This document shows, piece by piece, positions 13,349-26,100 of a stretch of 64,000 bases of DNA (its first letter is position 1; each line of letters opens with the position of its first letter). The stretch is from Euprymna scolopes (lineage: Eukaryota), in assembly GCA_053919585.1 (NCBI GenBank), contig CM132791.1; one strand, written 5' to 3'. A model generated the notes under the pieces. That model was not told where the DNA came from. It was given only the letters and a program-made list of their open reading frames with translations, and ran no database searches. The translations under genes were made by a program, and so were the position numbers.

Positions 13349-14626
13349 CTAATTATTCATAGTGTGTTATAAACAAACACCTCGATTTCTAATTATATGT
13401 ATATTGCTATTTGATCCTGAATAAATTCCACACTATTTTATAGTGTAAATTTAGACCTTTGTAATATCTTTATGCAGTCACTTCTTTTTCGTAAATCCTT
13501 ATTTGTATAAATTTAAACTTATTAATTATTTATACCCCCCTATTTTACATCAAATATTCACCCTATTAATTTTGTTTAAATGTATTTATTTTTATTTTAA
13601 AAATTTAAACCCCAATATTTTCCTTTTTTTTTCTTTCCTAACTATTAACCCTCAATTGTTTAAGTATTTCTAACTTTTACCCAAATTACGCAATTGCAGC
13701 AATATGATACTATCGCTTCCCCGGGGAAAGTTAGTTGGTAGAGAAAGGTTCTCGGAACGCAACCAGTTCCCCGAGAGGAATACACGATATCTACAGATAA
13801 GAACGTGGGAGCATCAACAAAAACAAGTCGAGATGTCGGTGGCTATTATTTTTGTTTCCGCCGTGTACTATTTTTAACATATACTTTAACAATCTTTCGT
13901 CTAAAGGAAACATTTATAACACCATCATCCGGTCACTGCCGTGAGACTGGCGCCACGTGTTACAGTAAATGTCTTAGAAACGGTCCCATGAAGATGTGAA
14001 GATGGGCCAGTCATTAGGATATGTGTATCGGGAAGAAAATCATATCTGAGATGTTGGATGTGGCTCCCCTATTCTCTCAAGATGAACCCTTTACCATGGT
14101 GGCATTCTGGTTGGAATCTTCTTTCTTCGTTCTTCGGACCGCTTCATAGTTTAATGGAGACATTAATGACAGACACAAGAATACACAAAACGACACAATC
14201 GTAATATTTAAGAAATACAATTAAGTATTGATTCTACAAAAAATGCATACAATATGCACACAAAGACAATTGACACTTAATAATCTTCAAAATTAAACTA
14301 ACAAACCTAACTAATGATGAGTAGAAGGGGGGGGGCTCCCTTTCGTTTACGGAAAGACAGAAAGATGCGTGCTTACCCCGAGCCGTCCGGACGAAACAGA
14401 TAAGTAGTACAAGAAAGGGAATTCTGGGGTTGCATTTCTATGTATCTCTACGCTTATGGCCAAATCACCACCCGGCCATGCTGAAGAGTGTGTTAACTAC
14501 CGTGGCACTAAGATAAAGTGCCACAGCAAATCCAAAATAAATAATAAGAGGTATATTAAATTTAACTAACTGGACGTATGTAAACTATTTGTCATATAAA
14601 GCTTTTCCACTTAACATACCTAGTAC

Positions 14627-14676
<50 letters not shown>

Positions 14677-16799
14677 ATATAGGATGTATAAAATATATAT
14701 TATAATGCATTCAGTAGACATCTGCTAACATTGCGACTGGAAAAAAATACCTCCCACAACACTGCATTACGTGTAACTTAACTCACTCCAACCATGGCAA
14801 GATCTGCATTCTAAAGCGCTCAATAGATTTTAGATATGGAACGCCCACACTTGTCACTCTTTAATTCAAGTTAATTTCATCACGGCATTTTTACTTCTTT
14901 TCTATATTTCCTTTTTCTTCTTGTTTCTCTCTATATTTCTTATTTTTTCAATATCCACGCGTAACTGTTACAATCATATTTTATTTTTTTCTCATTTGAC
15001 TTTTGCCGTCTGACACATCAGACAGTAAATTTTCTGTCCGCAGAAATAAATGTGATGCATTAAGTAAATACCTGAAGTTGTAAAAGAAAACCATATTTAA
15101 CTCTACAAACGTATTGACCACTTTTATCCTGTTTTTTTANNNNNNNNNNNNNNNNNNNNNNNNNNNNNNNNNNNNNNNNNNNNNNNNNNNNNNNNNNNNN
15201 NNNNNNNNNNNNNNNNNNNNNNNNNNNNNNNNNNNNNNNNNNNNNNNNNNNNNNNNNNNNNNNNNNNNNNNNNNNNNNNNNNNNNNNNNNNNNTAAGACG
15301 AAATAGATTATAAGAATTTAACACTAAACAGTTGAAAGACCAGACTAGTGCTATATTGATTTTAATAAACATTTCTATTTATCAAAAAAAAAAATTTTTT
15401 TTAATTTTCGCATAATAAAATATTCTTCTTCAGAAAATATAGAAAGTTTTTTTTCTTGACCTTCTTACGCGTCATGACGAAGCTAATACTCGTCCCGTCC
15501 TCCCAAGTTGTTAGTTTAGGTAGAATGATAGCTAAATGTCTGGTAACCGTGTTAANNNNNNNNNNNNNNNNNNNNNNNNNNNNNNNNNNNNNNNNNNNNN
15601 NNNNNNNNNNNNNNNNNNNNNNNNNNNNNNNNNNNNNNNNNNNNNNNNNNNNNNNNNNNNNNNNNNNNNNNNNNNNNNNNNNNNNNNNNNNNNNNNNNNN
15701 NNNNNNNNNNNNNNNNNNNNNNNNNNNNNNNNNNNNNNNNNNNNNNNNNNNNNNNNNNNNNNNNNNATATAGTTCATCTATTTTTTCACAATCTAGAGTT
15801 ATATTTAAGTTTTTTTAGTATGACATTTTTAAATCATAATAAACATTTAAACGTTTGTGTTACGTCATATGTAAACAAAAGCAACTTCAGGATAACGTGT
15901 TCATAGTGATTTTTATTGTATTTTTTGCGTTAGTAGAATTCAAAATATTTGTACAGAAATACACACACGAAGGAAAGCACATTTTAGAAGATTGAATTTA
16001 TTGGTACATATAATACATGCTTCTCTCGCTCGTGTATTTAAATCATCGCATATTTTTATGTTGAATTTGTTTGTATTCTGGAATACCCAGTGGTTCGCTA
16101 TTGCTTCGCCGATTCTTTTTTATGTGTTAAATAAAACATTGTTCTATGAAGGTGGATGTCAGTTATGTATTTGAAAAAAAAAACAAGCGGGGTTTATCAG
16201 TAAACGTGCTATTATGTTTTATATAACATGTTAATTCCTCTTTAATTCGTAGCACATAAAACAACAACGACTGCTATATGTAATTGGAAATGTAGTATTC
16301 GACGTGTCGGCGTATTCTTGTTATATGTAGTATATGTTCATTTGTCAAGTGATTCTACTTCCAATATTTAAAAACTGGATCACTCAAGGTCGAAATCTGT
16401 TCTTAATCAGATAATCGCGTTCCATGGAGAATGCTATGAACAGGCTTAATGAAGTGAAATGCTTTGACAACGCGTTTTTTTTCTATTTAAATTGTCAAGG
16501 CAGAAAATTTGACGAGACCTGGAATTTAATCATATAGAAAAACTAACGAACATCATGCCTTACGTGACACTCAGATTATTTATCGATGTTCAGTGCTGTT
16601 ATCAATGTTGGAATTCTTGTTCAATTTCATCCTGCCATGTTATTTGATCACGCATGATATTTTTTTCTTTGGCGTTGCATTTTTTGTGAATCGTTATATA
16701 AAATGAACTATGACCTATGTTTTCTGTTCTGTCGAAAGCTAATGACAATTACCATGATCAAAGTTTATTTCCATAGAGTTTTTAAGTCAACCATAAATA

Positions 16800-16960
16800 T
16801 AATTCTTACTATGTCGTCTTCTTAAATGATAAATTTCTCCCTAATTTCTCACACTATCGACGATTATAGCCATTGTATCACTGAACTCCCGACACTACTA
16901 CACCCTTATCGTCAAGTGACATTCAGGGCTTGGTAAGTGGTAACTCCCACGTACAAAAAG
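16800..16960 (+). mobile_element. Old 3'-terminal fragment of the LINE family at 53743-54795
   Basis: cccttatcgtcaagtgacattcagggcttggtaagtggtaactcccacgtacaaaaa aligns with cctttatccctgagtggcttccggcccttgataagtggtgaccaccgtgtaaaaaa. Confidence 0.6.
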
Positions 16961-17066
16961 TACACATTTTGTTATTCTTTAAAGTTCATTTATTCCGAGT
17001 GGGGACTGCAATGATTAATTTGAAATTTTTAATCTATACACACTACCTGATAGTCGGTGATGTGAG

Positions 17067-20000
17067 TGTAGAGATAATGTGATGTAAGGAAGGATAGTGT
17101 GGTGTAGGGTAGGATAGTGCGGTGTGCGGAAGGATAGTGTGAGTAGGGTGGGATAGTGCGGTGTAGGTTTGGATAGTGCGGTGTAGGGTAGGATAGTGCG
17201 GTGTGCGGAAGCATAGTCTGGTGTAGGGTATGATAGTGCGGTGTGAGGAAGGATAGTGTTGTGTGCGGAAGAATACTGCCATGGGCGGTAGCATAGTGGA
17301 AGGATAGTGTGGTGTAGAGAAGAAAAATGTAGTGTGGAGGGTAGGATATTTTGAGGAAGGGTAGGATAGTGCGGTGTACGGTAACATAGTTTTGTGTAGG
17401 GCAGGGTGGTGTGGTGTACGGTAGGATAGTGTCATGCACGTAAGGATAGTTTGGTGTGTGGAAGGATAGTGCGGTATAGGGTGGATAGTACGGTGTAGGG
17501 TAGGAGAGTGTAGTGTAGGTAGAATAATGTGGTCTAGGGTAGGATATTGTGTTGTAGCATATGATAATGCCGTGGAGGGTAGGATAGTTTGGTGAGGGTA
17601 GGATAGTATTGTGTAGGTTAGAATAATGTGGTGTAGGTAACGATATTATCGTGTAAAATAGGATTGTGCGGTGAAGGGTAGGATAGTGTTGTGTAGCAAA
17701 GGATAGTGTAGTGTAGGGCAGGATTGTTTGATGTGCGGAAGGATAGTGCAGTGTTAGGTAGGATAGTCCGATGTAGGGCAGATTGTGTGGTGAAGGGTAG
17801 AATAATGTGGTGTAAGGTAGGATAGTGTCGTGTTTTATAGATAGGGCGGTGAAGGGTAGGATAGTGCGGTGAAGGGTAGGATAGTGTTGTGTACAGTAGA
17901 ATAGTGTGATGTAAGGTAGGATATTGTGGTGTAGTGCAAGAAGATGTGTTGTGCGGAGGATAGTGCACTGTAGGGTAGGATAGTGCGGCGTGGGAAGAAT
18001 AGTGCATTGTAGGGTTTGAAAGTGCGGTGTCCGGAAGGATAGTACACTGCAGGGAAGGATAGTGTGGTGTAGGGTAGAATAATGTGGTGTAGGGTAGGAC
18101 AGTATCGTGTAGTGTAGGATAGTGCTGTGAAGGGTTAGGTAATGTATTGCAGTGTCGGATAGTGGGGGCACGGTAGGTTATTGTTGTGTAGGGCAGGATA
18201 GTGTAGTGTGCAGAAGGATAGTGCGGTGTAGGGAAAGGTAGTGCTGTGTTGAGTAGGATACTTCGGTGTAGAGTAGAATAATGTGGTGTAGGGTAGCATA
18301 GTCTCATGTAAGGCAGGATAGTTTAATTAAGGGTAAGACAATGTGGTGTAGGGTAGGCGATTGTGGTGTGCGGTAGGATAGTGTTTTGTATGTCAGGATA
18401 GTGTAGTGTACGGTAGTATGTTGTGGTGTAGGGCACGATAGTGTGGTGTGCGATGAATAGTATGGGGAAGGATAGGATAGATCTGTGCAGAAATATAGTG
18501 CTGTGTGCGGAAGGATAATGCGATGTAAGATAGGATATTGTTGTGTTGGGTAGAATAATGTGGTGAAATATGGTAGTATAATGTAGGATAGGATAGTGCG
18601 ATGAAGGGGAACAGCGTTTTGTAGGGTAGGAGAGTTTGGTGTACGGTTGGATAGTCGTGTGTAGGGCAGGATATTTTTGTGTGCGAAAGGCTATTTGAGT
18701 GTAGAGTAGGATAGTACTGTGTAGAATAGGATAGTGTGGTGTAGGGTAGTAAAATGTGGTGTAGATACGATAGTTTCCTGTTTGGTAGGACAGTGCAGTA
18801 AAGGGGTGTATAGTGTGGTGTTCGGTAGGATTGTCTCGTGTACGGTAAGATAGTGTGGTATATGGCAACATATTGTTGTGTGCGGAAGGATAACGTGGTG
18901 TAGGGGAGAATAGTGCATTTTAGGTAAGGATAGAGTAATGTAGGGTAGAACAATGTGGTGTAGAGTAGGACGGTGTTGTGTAGGGTAGGATAGGGTGGTG
19001 AAGGCTAGGATAGTGCGGGATAGGGTAGGATAGAGTGGGATACGGTATGATATTATGGGGTAGAGCAGGAGAGTGTTGTGTGCGGAAGGATAATGCCCGT
19101 TAGGCGAGGATTGTGTTGTGTGCCGGGGGATAGTGCGGTGAATGGTAGGATAATGTGTTGCAAGGTAGAATAGTGTTGTGTACGGTAGTATAGTTTGGTG
19201 TAAGGTAGGACAATGTCCTATAAGGTAGGGTAGATCGGTGAAGGGATGGATAGTGCAGTGGAGTTTACGGTAGGATAGTGTTGTGAAGTGTTGGATAGTG
19301 CGGTGTAAGGTAAGATAGTCTGGTGTTCAGAAGAATAGTGCAGTGGAGTGTAGGATAGTGCGGTGTCTGGAACGATAGTGTGTTGTAGGGTAGGAGAGTG
19401 TTGTGTGCGGAAGGATAGTATGGTTTAGTGCAGTATGTTATGGTGGGCCAAAGGATAGTGCAGTGTATAGTAGGATAGTGAGGTGCTCGGAAAGATAGTG
19501 TGGTGTAGGAAGGATAAGGAAGGATAGCGCAGTTTTTGGATTGATAGTGTGGTGTACGGTAGGATAGGTCCGTGTAGGGTAGGATAGTACGGTAAAGAGT
19601 AGGATAGTGCTGTGTAGGGTAGATAGTGCCGTGTATGGTATGATAGTGTAGTGTATGGCAGTATATTTTTATGTGCGGAAGGATAGTGCGGTGTAGGGTA
19701 GCATAGTGTGATGTAGGATAGGGTAGAGTTGTGTGGGGTAGAACAATTTTGTGTAGGGTAGGATAGTTACTTGTTGAGTATGATAGGGTGGTGAAGGGTA
19801 GGAGAGTGCGGAGTAAGGTAGGATAGTGTGGTGTAGGGCAGGATAGTGTGGTGTGCGGAAGAACATTGCGGTGTAGAGGAGGGTTGTGTGGTGTAGGGAA
19901 GGATAATGTGGTGTAAGGTAGTATAGATTAGTGTAGGGATGGATAGTGTCGTGTAGGGTGGGATAGTGCGCTGTGAGTTAGGAGAGTATTGTTTACGAGA

Positions 20001-20922
20001 GGATAGTGTTTTGAAGTTTTGAATAGTGTAGTGTAGAGTAGGATAGTCTTGTGTACGGAAAGATAGTGCAGTGTGGTGTAGGATAGTGCGGTGTGCAAAA
20101 ATATAGTGTGTTGTAGGGAAGGACAGTGTTGGATAGTTAGGAGTAGGGCAGGATAGTGTAGTCTATGGAAGGATAGTGCAGTGTAGGGAAGGATGGTACG
20201 GTGTTAGGAAGGATAGTGCGGTGTAGGGTAGCATAGTGCACCTTGTTGAAGGATACTGTGGTGTACGGTAGGATAGTGTGGTGTGCGGAAGGGTAGTGTG
20301 GTGTAGCGCAAGATAGTGTGGTGTGTAGTAGGATACTCTTGTATAGGGTAGAGTATTTTGCTGTGGTGTGCGGAAGGATAATGTGGTATAGGGTAGGATA
20401 GTTCCGTCTGCTGAAGGATACTGTGGTGTGCAGAAGGATAGTGCCGTGTAGGGTAGGATATTGTCGTGTAGAGTAGGATATTGTCGTGTAGGGTAGGATA
20501 GTGCGTTGGAGATTAAGATAGTGCGGTGTAGGGTATGATATTATTGTGTAGGGAGGATAGTGTTGTGTATGGTAGAATAGCGTGGTGTCGGGTAGGGTGT
20601 AGTGGTGTAGGGTAGCATAGTATGTTGTAGGGTAGGGTAGTATAGTGTAGCGACGATAGTGCAGTAAAGGTTAGGATTGTGCGGTGTACGGTAGGATAGC
20701 GTGGTGTACGGTAGGATAGCAGTGTGTGGGGTAGGATAGTATGGGGTAGGGTAGAATAGGGTTGTGTAGGGATGATAGTATGGTGTACGGGGGATATTGT
20801 GGTGTAGTATAGGATATTGTTGTGTAGAGTAACATAGTTTGGTGTACAGTAGGATAGTGTGGAGTTCGGAAGGATAGCGTGGTGTCCGGTAGGATAATGT
20901 GGTATTGAATAGTATAGTGTGT
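17067..20922. repeat. ~3.9-kb degenerate minisatellite, 20-bp unit (AGGATAGTGCGGTGTAGGGT) built on a 5-bp sub-period
   Basis: GGATAGTG recurs about every 20 bp, with a variant unit ending TGCGGA. The + strand is strongly G/T-rich. Confidence 0.95.
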
Positions 20923-22169
20923 CATAGCAATATTCTGTCTATCGTGGTCGAGTTATCAAACGTTTTAAATTGATTTACCGTTTGAAATTATTGGTGCTTG
21001 AAATAATTGTATCTACAATGTAAAAAAAATATCCATTATCCAACTGGGACTTCAAACTTCTATAGACGAGATATAAAGATATGAACTTTAAACAGTAAAA
21101 AGTACTTGTCTTTATTAAATACCTTGATAAAACGGCATAACCTAATGAAGCAATATAACTTAGAAAGGTGTATAATTTAAAAATATCTGTTCAAAGTGAC
21201 AAAACTTGTATATATCCCTTGTATATGTTTTTCTAATGCTATATATATGTTCAACGTCTAGCAATGATTTTTATAAAAATAATGTTATATTACATCATTT
21301 TATTTACAGATTATTGCTATTGTGAGCAAAGTTCATCTATACAAAAATAAATTAAGTTTGATTATCGACTAACGAAGAATGAAAAACAATGGGCTAAAGA
21401 ACGAATAAGTCAGGTTCTCGTGTAAACTCTGAAAACAAGAATAGCGGATGTGTATCAACACGACCTTGTGTGCGTCTGTGCGAAGAGAGAGTTTTGCTTC
21501 CTTTTTACTAGAGTATCACCACTTATCAAGGTATAAACCCACGCGCAGGGCTTAAATGGTACATTATAAGCAACAAAAAAATTACTTATAATTCGTGCTT
21601 AATAGTTATATTTGTCAACTAAAAAACACCAATATTATACAAAGTAGTTTTGAGCGGAAAACAAAGTCAATGAATTCCCGACAAAAAAGTAAACCAATAT
21701 AAAATCTCCGTCACAAGTCAACAAATATATTGTTAAATATTGCGTTAATATTGCAAAAAAAAGTATTTTGCAACACGATTTCCTCTTTTTCATTAAAACA
21801 TCAAATAAGGAATTATATAAAATTTACTTACACTCTATTTTCTTATTTTTTCTACGATTCTGAATTAAACTATTACTTGTGATTTGTGTTTAATAGTTTT
21901 GTTTACAATCGAGTTCTATTACTCTGACATTGTGTGAGTCTAGGTATATGACTCGGATGATGGTCTTGAAGAAAATAATTTAAAATATTATCATGCTTGC
22001 AGTAATTTAAAAACATAACATGCTTTTTAACTTGTTTTACTCTTCCTTAATTTTGTCTATTTTAATAAATTTTCGATTTTATATTTAGTCTTAAATTTTA
22101 GATTCATATTTACTCCCTAATAGTTAATATGGCACGAGTATATCACACGAGAAAGTGTATGTAATTAGT

Positions 22170-22600
22170 CGTGGTGAGGCGATTAATCGTAACGGAAATC
22201 GGGAATCAAAAATATAAAACCGGAACCAGAGATAATTGTACCTAGTTTCCGATTCCAAAAAAAAAAAAAACGATTCCTTTAATTGTCGTTTTTTATTTGC
22301 ATTTTGTTTTTAAAAAATTCTCTCACTGATTGTACGATGATAAAACAAATATTTATATTATAAAAAAACAGTAAAATTAAAATTTATAGATCATCCCCCA
22401 TGCGTGCATTTTTGGGTTTAAGAAACTACATTTTGTGTTTTTAAATAATCAGGAAAAACTAACATTTCTGTATAATAACATAGAGATTTATCAAAATCGG
22501 GATTGATAATTGAATCAGAATCATGGATTTATTACGGAATCGGTGATTATGACGGAATCAAGAAATATATTTGAATCGTCCGATTAATAGCATTTACGTA
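22170..22600. mobile_element. MITE-like element with degenerate TIRs and (GG)AATC subterminal repeats, possibly hAT-type
   Basis: gcgattaatcg on the left and cgattaatagc on the right, with many gaatc/gattc motifs near both ends. Confidence 0.5.
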
Positions 22601-24507
22601 GCATATTTTTATTTAAAAAAAAACTATTAAGAAATAACACGGAGTGTTTCTTCTAAATCATTAGTCATATAAGCGAAACTGTGAAATAGATACTTGTAAA
22701 ACCACGAAGGTTAACCACGCCTGATAATGGTTTGATGGATCGAATCGAAAAACGACGCAAACAAATAAAAAAATTTAAAAACAAAAAAACACATAAAACC
22801 AGAAACCCAAGAAGCGTAAATATACGAGTTCTGTTGAAATACTCAACAGAACAATTGAGAAAATTTAATACAATATCAATAGATAACAAAAAGGCTCATC
22901 AAATCAAATAACTTTGGTTTATTTAATAACAGCTTACTTAATAGAAACGATCAAATAATAACACTTTCTTTAATTGGTTGCTGAATTCCCAATGGCAATT
23001 TGTAATAAACTTTTAATGTAATAACCCATTGTAATTTAAATTGACTGGCCATTCAGTTTCAATGCAACACGGTTCAAAGATTCCAATCGGATTCATAGTA
23101 TCAAATGAGCTTTGATACGTAGAGTAGATTATCATTGAACGATTTACCCTTTGGAACGGGACTCATTTGAGAGAAATCGGACCAAACAGCCGAAGTACTA
23201 GCGTGATTCCCTGTTGTCTTGCCGTTCAATGACGACACGGACAGCTGAAAATCGAATTCAAATTTCCAGATTTCTAATCATGTTCATCTCTGCCAATAAT
23301 GTCGGTGGCAAATGATAATTAACCTCATTTTAATTAATCATTTGTCGAAATGAGCTGCGCGTTGCGTGCACGTTTAATTCTCCAGCGTCAATAGAGTAAT
23401 ATCGCGTACTAACATGCAGATTAATTGCGTTGCAATACTCATTAAACTGCAATGCTTCTGATTTTGGATTATTGCTGGGCAAATAGCAATAGTGTTATAC
23501 AGAAAAAAGAGCAAACAAAAACACGTATTTACTTCAGATTAACAACAGACTTTTGACATCCATCTATCTCTGGAAAGAATGGTGTTGTGAGCTTCAGATC
23601 TGTTCGTTGTCAAATTGAGGCGTTTGCTATGAATAGGCAGGTGTATCCTGATGGGCAAGTTTTATTGTAGTTATTACTGATTGAAATGACGCTTTAGTCT
23701 TGGAGCTCCTGTGTAGCTCTCTGCTGTCTTTGCTCTTTCATCTTCTTTAACTGATGATATCTCTCTATACACTTATTTCGGAGTATGTTATCGCAACAAT
23801 TCTCTAGCTGTCATGGAATCCCAGCCCAGTATGATGCGGCACAAAGCCAGAAAGATGAGTGAAAAGACAAGCACTTCCGTTAAATATAGATATATTCCTT
23901 TAATATATTTTGCAAAGTAAAAGAAAATGTATAACATACGAATAAATAAAATAACATATTTTGTCTTTTATGTATATTTTTATAAATAATTAAAAGGCCA
24001 TTTTTATTGGTTAAATAAAACCCCGTCTTTTGCGCTTGTATTAATTAAGCAGACGTGTTTTAGTTTATCTAAAAAAAAATCTTTAAACAAGAAAAGTAAA
24101 AAAAAATATTTCGAAAGGAAATACAGAATAAAAAGTCATCGATATTTCCAACATTTTTGAAAATGAAGAAATTACTGCTAAAAATATATATTTCGATGGA
24201 AAGATGAGAGAAGACCTACACTAAGTATTCCATTTAATTGTACTTTCATTGACTATCTGTATATCTTTATGTGACAGGAAAGTCCTTGTGGTTTTAAACT
24301 TTTTATTTCAGATAGATATGTCTTGGCTTAAACAAAAAAAGTATTGATCGAACTAAGCACCAGAATCAACACTTTTGCCAACGAAAAAAAATGTATTTAT
24401 ACCAGTATGCCAATATGCAAAGTGACACGTCATAGTGGCGTTTCTTTTGGTGGTTATTAAATTTGTGAGGAACCTATTTATGAATCTAAAAAAAAAACTC
24501 TATTCTT

Positions 24508-24704
24508 CCCGATAGCCGACCATTACACTCATCATCTTCAAGACTCTCGTCGCCGCCACGAAATTTCTTTACAAACTTTTATACTGTGCATTCAGTATTG
24601 GTTCCTAGGCCAACCGCTTTGTTGATATCCCGAGCTGTTTCACTATTTTACCGCCTAATAAGAAAATTGTGCGTAGTTGGTTTTTTCAATCTAGTATTCA
24701 ACAT
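24508..24704 (-). pseudogene. Mariner (Hsmar1/cecropia-like) transposase N-terminal remnant
   Basis: QLRTIFL...ETARDINKAVGLGTNTECTV*KFVKKFRGGDESLEDDECNGR resembles Hsmar1-type ETTRNINNAFGPGTANERTVQWWFKKFCKGDESLEDEERSGRP. Confidence 0.85.
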
Positions 24705-24866
24705 TTTGAAAAGAACGCATAATTGTTTATAAACAATTGTAATTTAAACGATTAGATAGATCGAGCAAGACTTTTTAAAATGATATACAAATTAAAGGAA
24801 GTAGATTAAAACCTATGTGAGCATACATCTTGAAATCAAAATTAAAAATTCTGCAATGCCTTTTTC

Positions 24867-24867
<1 letters not shown>

Positions 24868-24927
<60 letters not shown>

Positions 24928-25085
24928 GCATTAAGGATTATCGAAGGATCGGTCAAAAATGATGTGCTTTTGAAAGAAACATTCTTGTTCATTTTCCAAA
25001 GACTTTTGTATTCCTACACGTCAACAGATAAGAAATAAATACATATTAGATATACACATTTATATATTTTTCGTATTGATTTTTA

Positions 25086-25134
<49 letters not shown>
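24868..25134. repeat. Two (TA)n microsatellites (24868-24924, 25089-25134)
   Basis: Direct inspection. Confidence 0.97.
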
Positions 25135-25138
<4 letters not shown>

Positions 25139-25394
25139 GCTTCAAATATCATCTGCATTAATTTGACTTGACTAAAACACCCCCTTTTTTACGAAGATGT
25201 TCAAAACAGTAAGTGCAAAGGTTTAAGCTATTCGTATTTTAACTAATTCTCCTAACATTCTTGACGGAGGGAGCCAAGCTGGTGTTTAAAAAGTAGACCC
25301 ATTAACATTCTCCAATGAAATAATTTTCTGTCCATACATTTTATTTGTACCCATATCGATGACCAATTTTATGTTTATTATAACTAACATTTAA

Positions 25395-25490
25395 GTTGTT
25401 AGTTACTTTTAATATGTTCAAAACAAAGCTTCTTTCTTTTCATCATGCGCGCTATGATCCTTATTTAGCCTCAATAAAAATGAATGAACC
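25395..25490 (+). mobile_element. Internal fragment of the CR1/Jockey-like LINE family at 53743
   Basis: LVTFNMFKTKLLSFHHARYDPYLASIKMN aligns with LVTFNASKTKRLSLHHQSSDPHLTSIEMD. Confidence 0.75.
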
Positions 25491-25739
25491 CATCTCATCA
25501 AATCTGTGGGTAAGGTTGATTGATAACTTTTGGATCATTCTGCCGCTCCAGAAGGTATATTACTTCTCAGGCAAGAATGTATCTGTATAAAGTTCAAATA
25601 CTTCTTTAAAGGAAGTCCTATTGCAACACCTTGTGAAATGTTTATATGGAAGCCTTTTTTTGTTGTGACCTAGTTAATTGAGAATAAACGGGAGAGTGAG
25701 TCTTATAGGATTATCAAGGTTAAATATTTCAGTCTGACA

Positions 25740-26100
25740 GATAAAGACACCAAAATTACTAGTCTCTCTTAACAGTTATACGGAAGAAGAATAATTTGAA
25801 GATATTTGCCCTTATAATCATTTTCTGCACTCAGAGGAGCAGAATACTTGCTTATTGCCGACAAGAAGTACTTTAACCATATAAAAAACATTCGATTTAG
25901 ATCCGTAGAAGCATTTAAAGGTTTATGAACAACTGCCTTATTTTTAAATGAACTCAACACATTTGTAGTTTGCGTATCGTTCTTTTTTCTTTTTAAAGAG
26001 TTTGAGTAATTTCAAAATGAAAACAGTATTACACTCATCTATATTGTAATCTCCGCTAAGGAGGTTATATTTTCGGTCGAGTGTCTGTCTTTGTGAACAG
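25740..26100 (-). pseudogene. Degraded pogo/Tigger-like DDE transposase
   Basis: YNIDECNTV (cf. YNxDETGxTTV), FFIWLKYF (cf. FxxWLxHF) and IILLPYNC (cf. LxLPxHC) appear in the expected order. Confidence 0.5.

Larger units (their letters stand above)
11232..13530. repeat. Pair of diverged ~330-bp inverted repeats (11232-11560 vs 12633-13530; right arm interrupted)
   Basis: The reverse complement of 12633-12770 matches 11398-11560, and that of 13349-13530 matches 11232-11410. Confidence 0.8.

Noticed and set aside
17067-20922. CRISPR or telomeric array
   Set aside because: No unique spacers, units are degenerate, the context is eukaryotic, and there is no TTAGG/TTAGGG array.
17029-20925. Long minus-strand ORFs up to 380 aa
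   Set aside because: They are translations of the 20-bp minisatellite, open in several overlapping frames with a period not divisible by 3.
21322-21333. miR-87-like 12-mer GTGAGCAAAGTT
   Set aside because: The 3' half differs and there is no complementary arm.
23809-23819. miR-281-like TGTCATGGAAT
   Set aside because: Only 11 nt match and there is no precursor fold.
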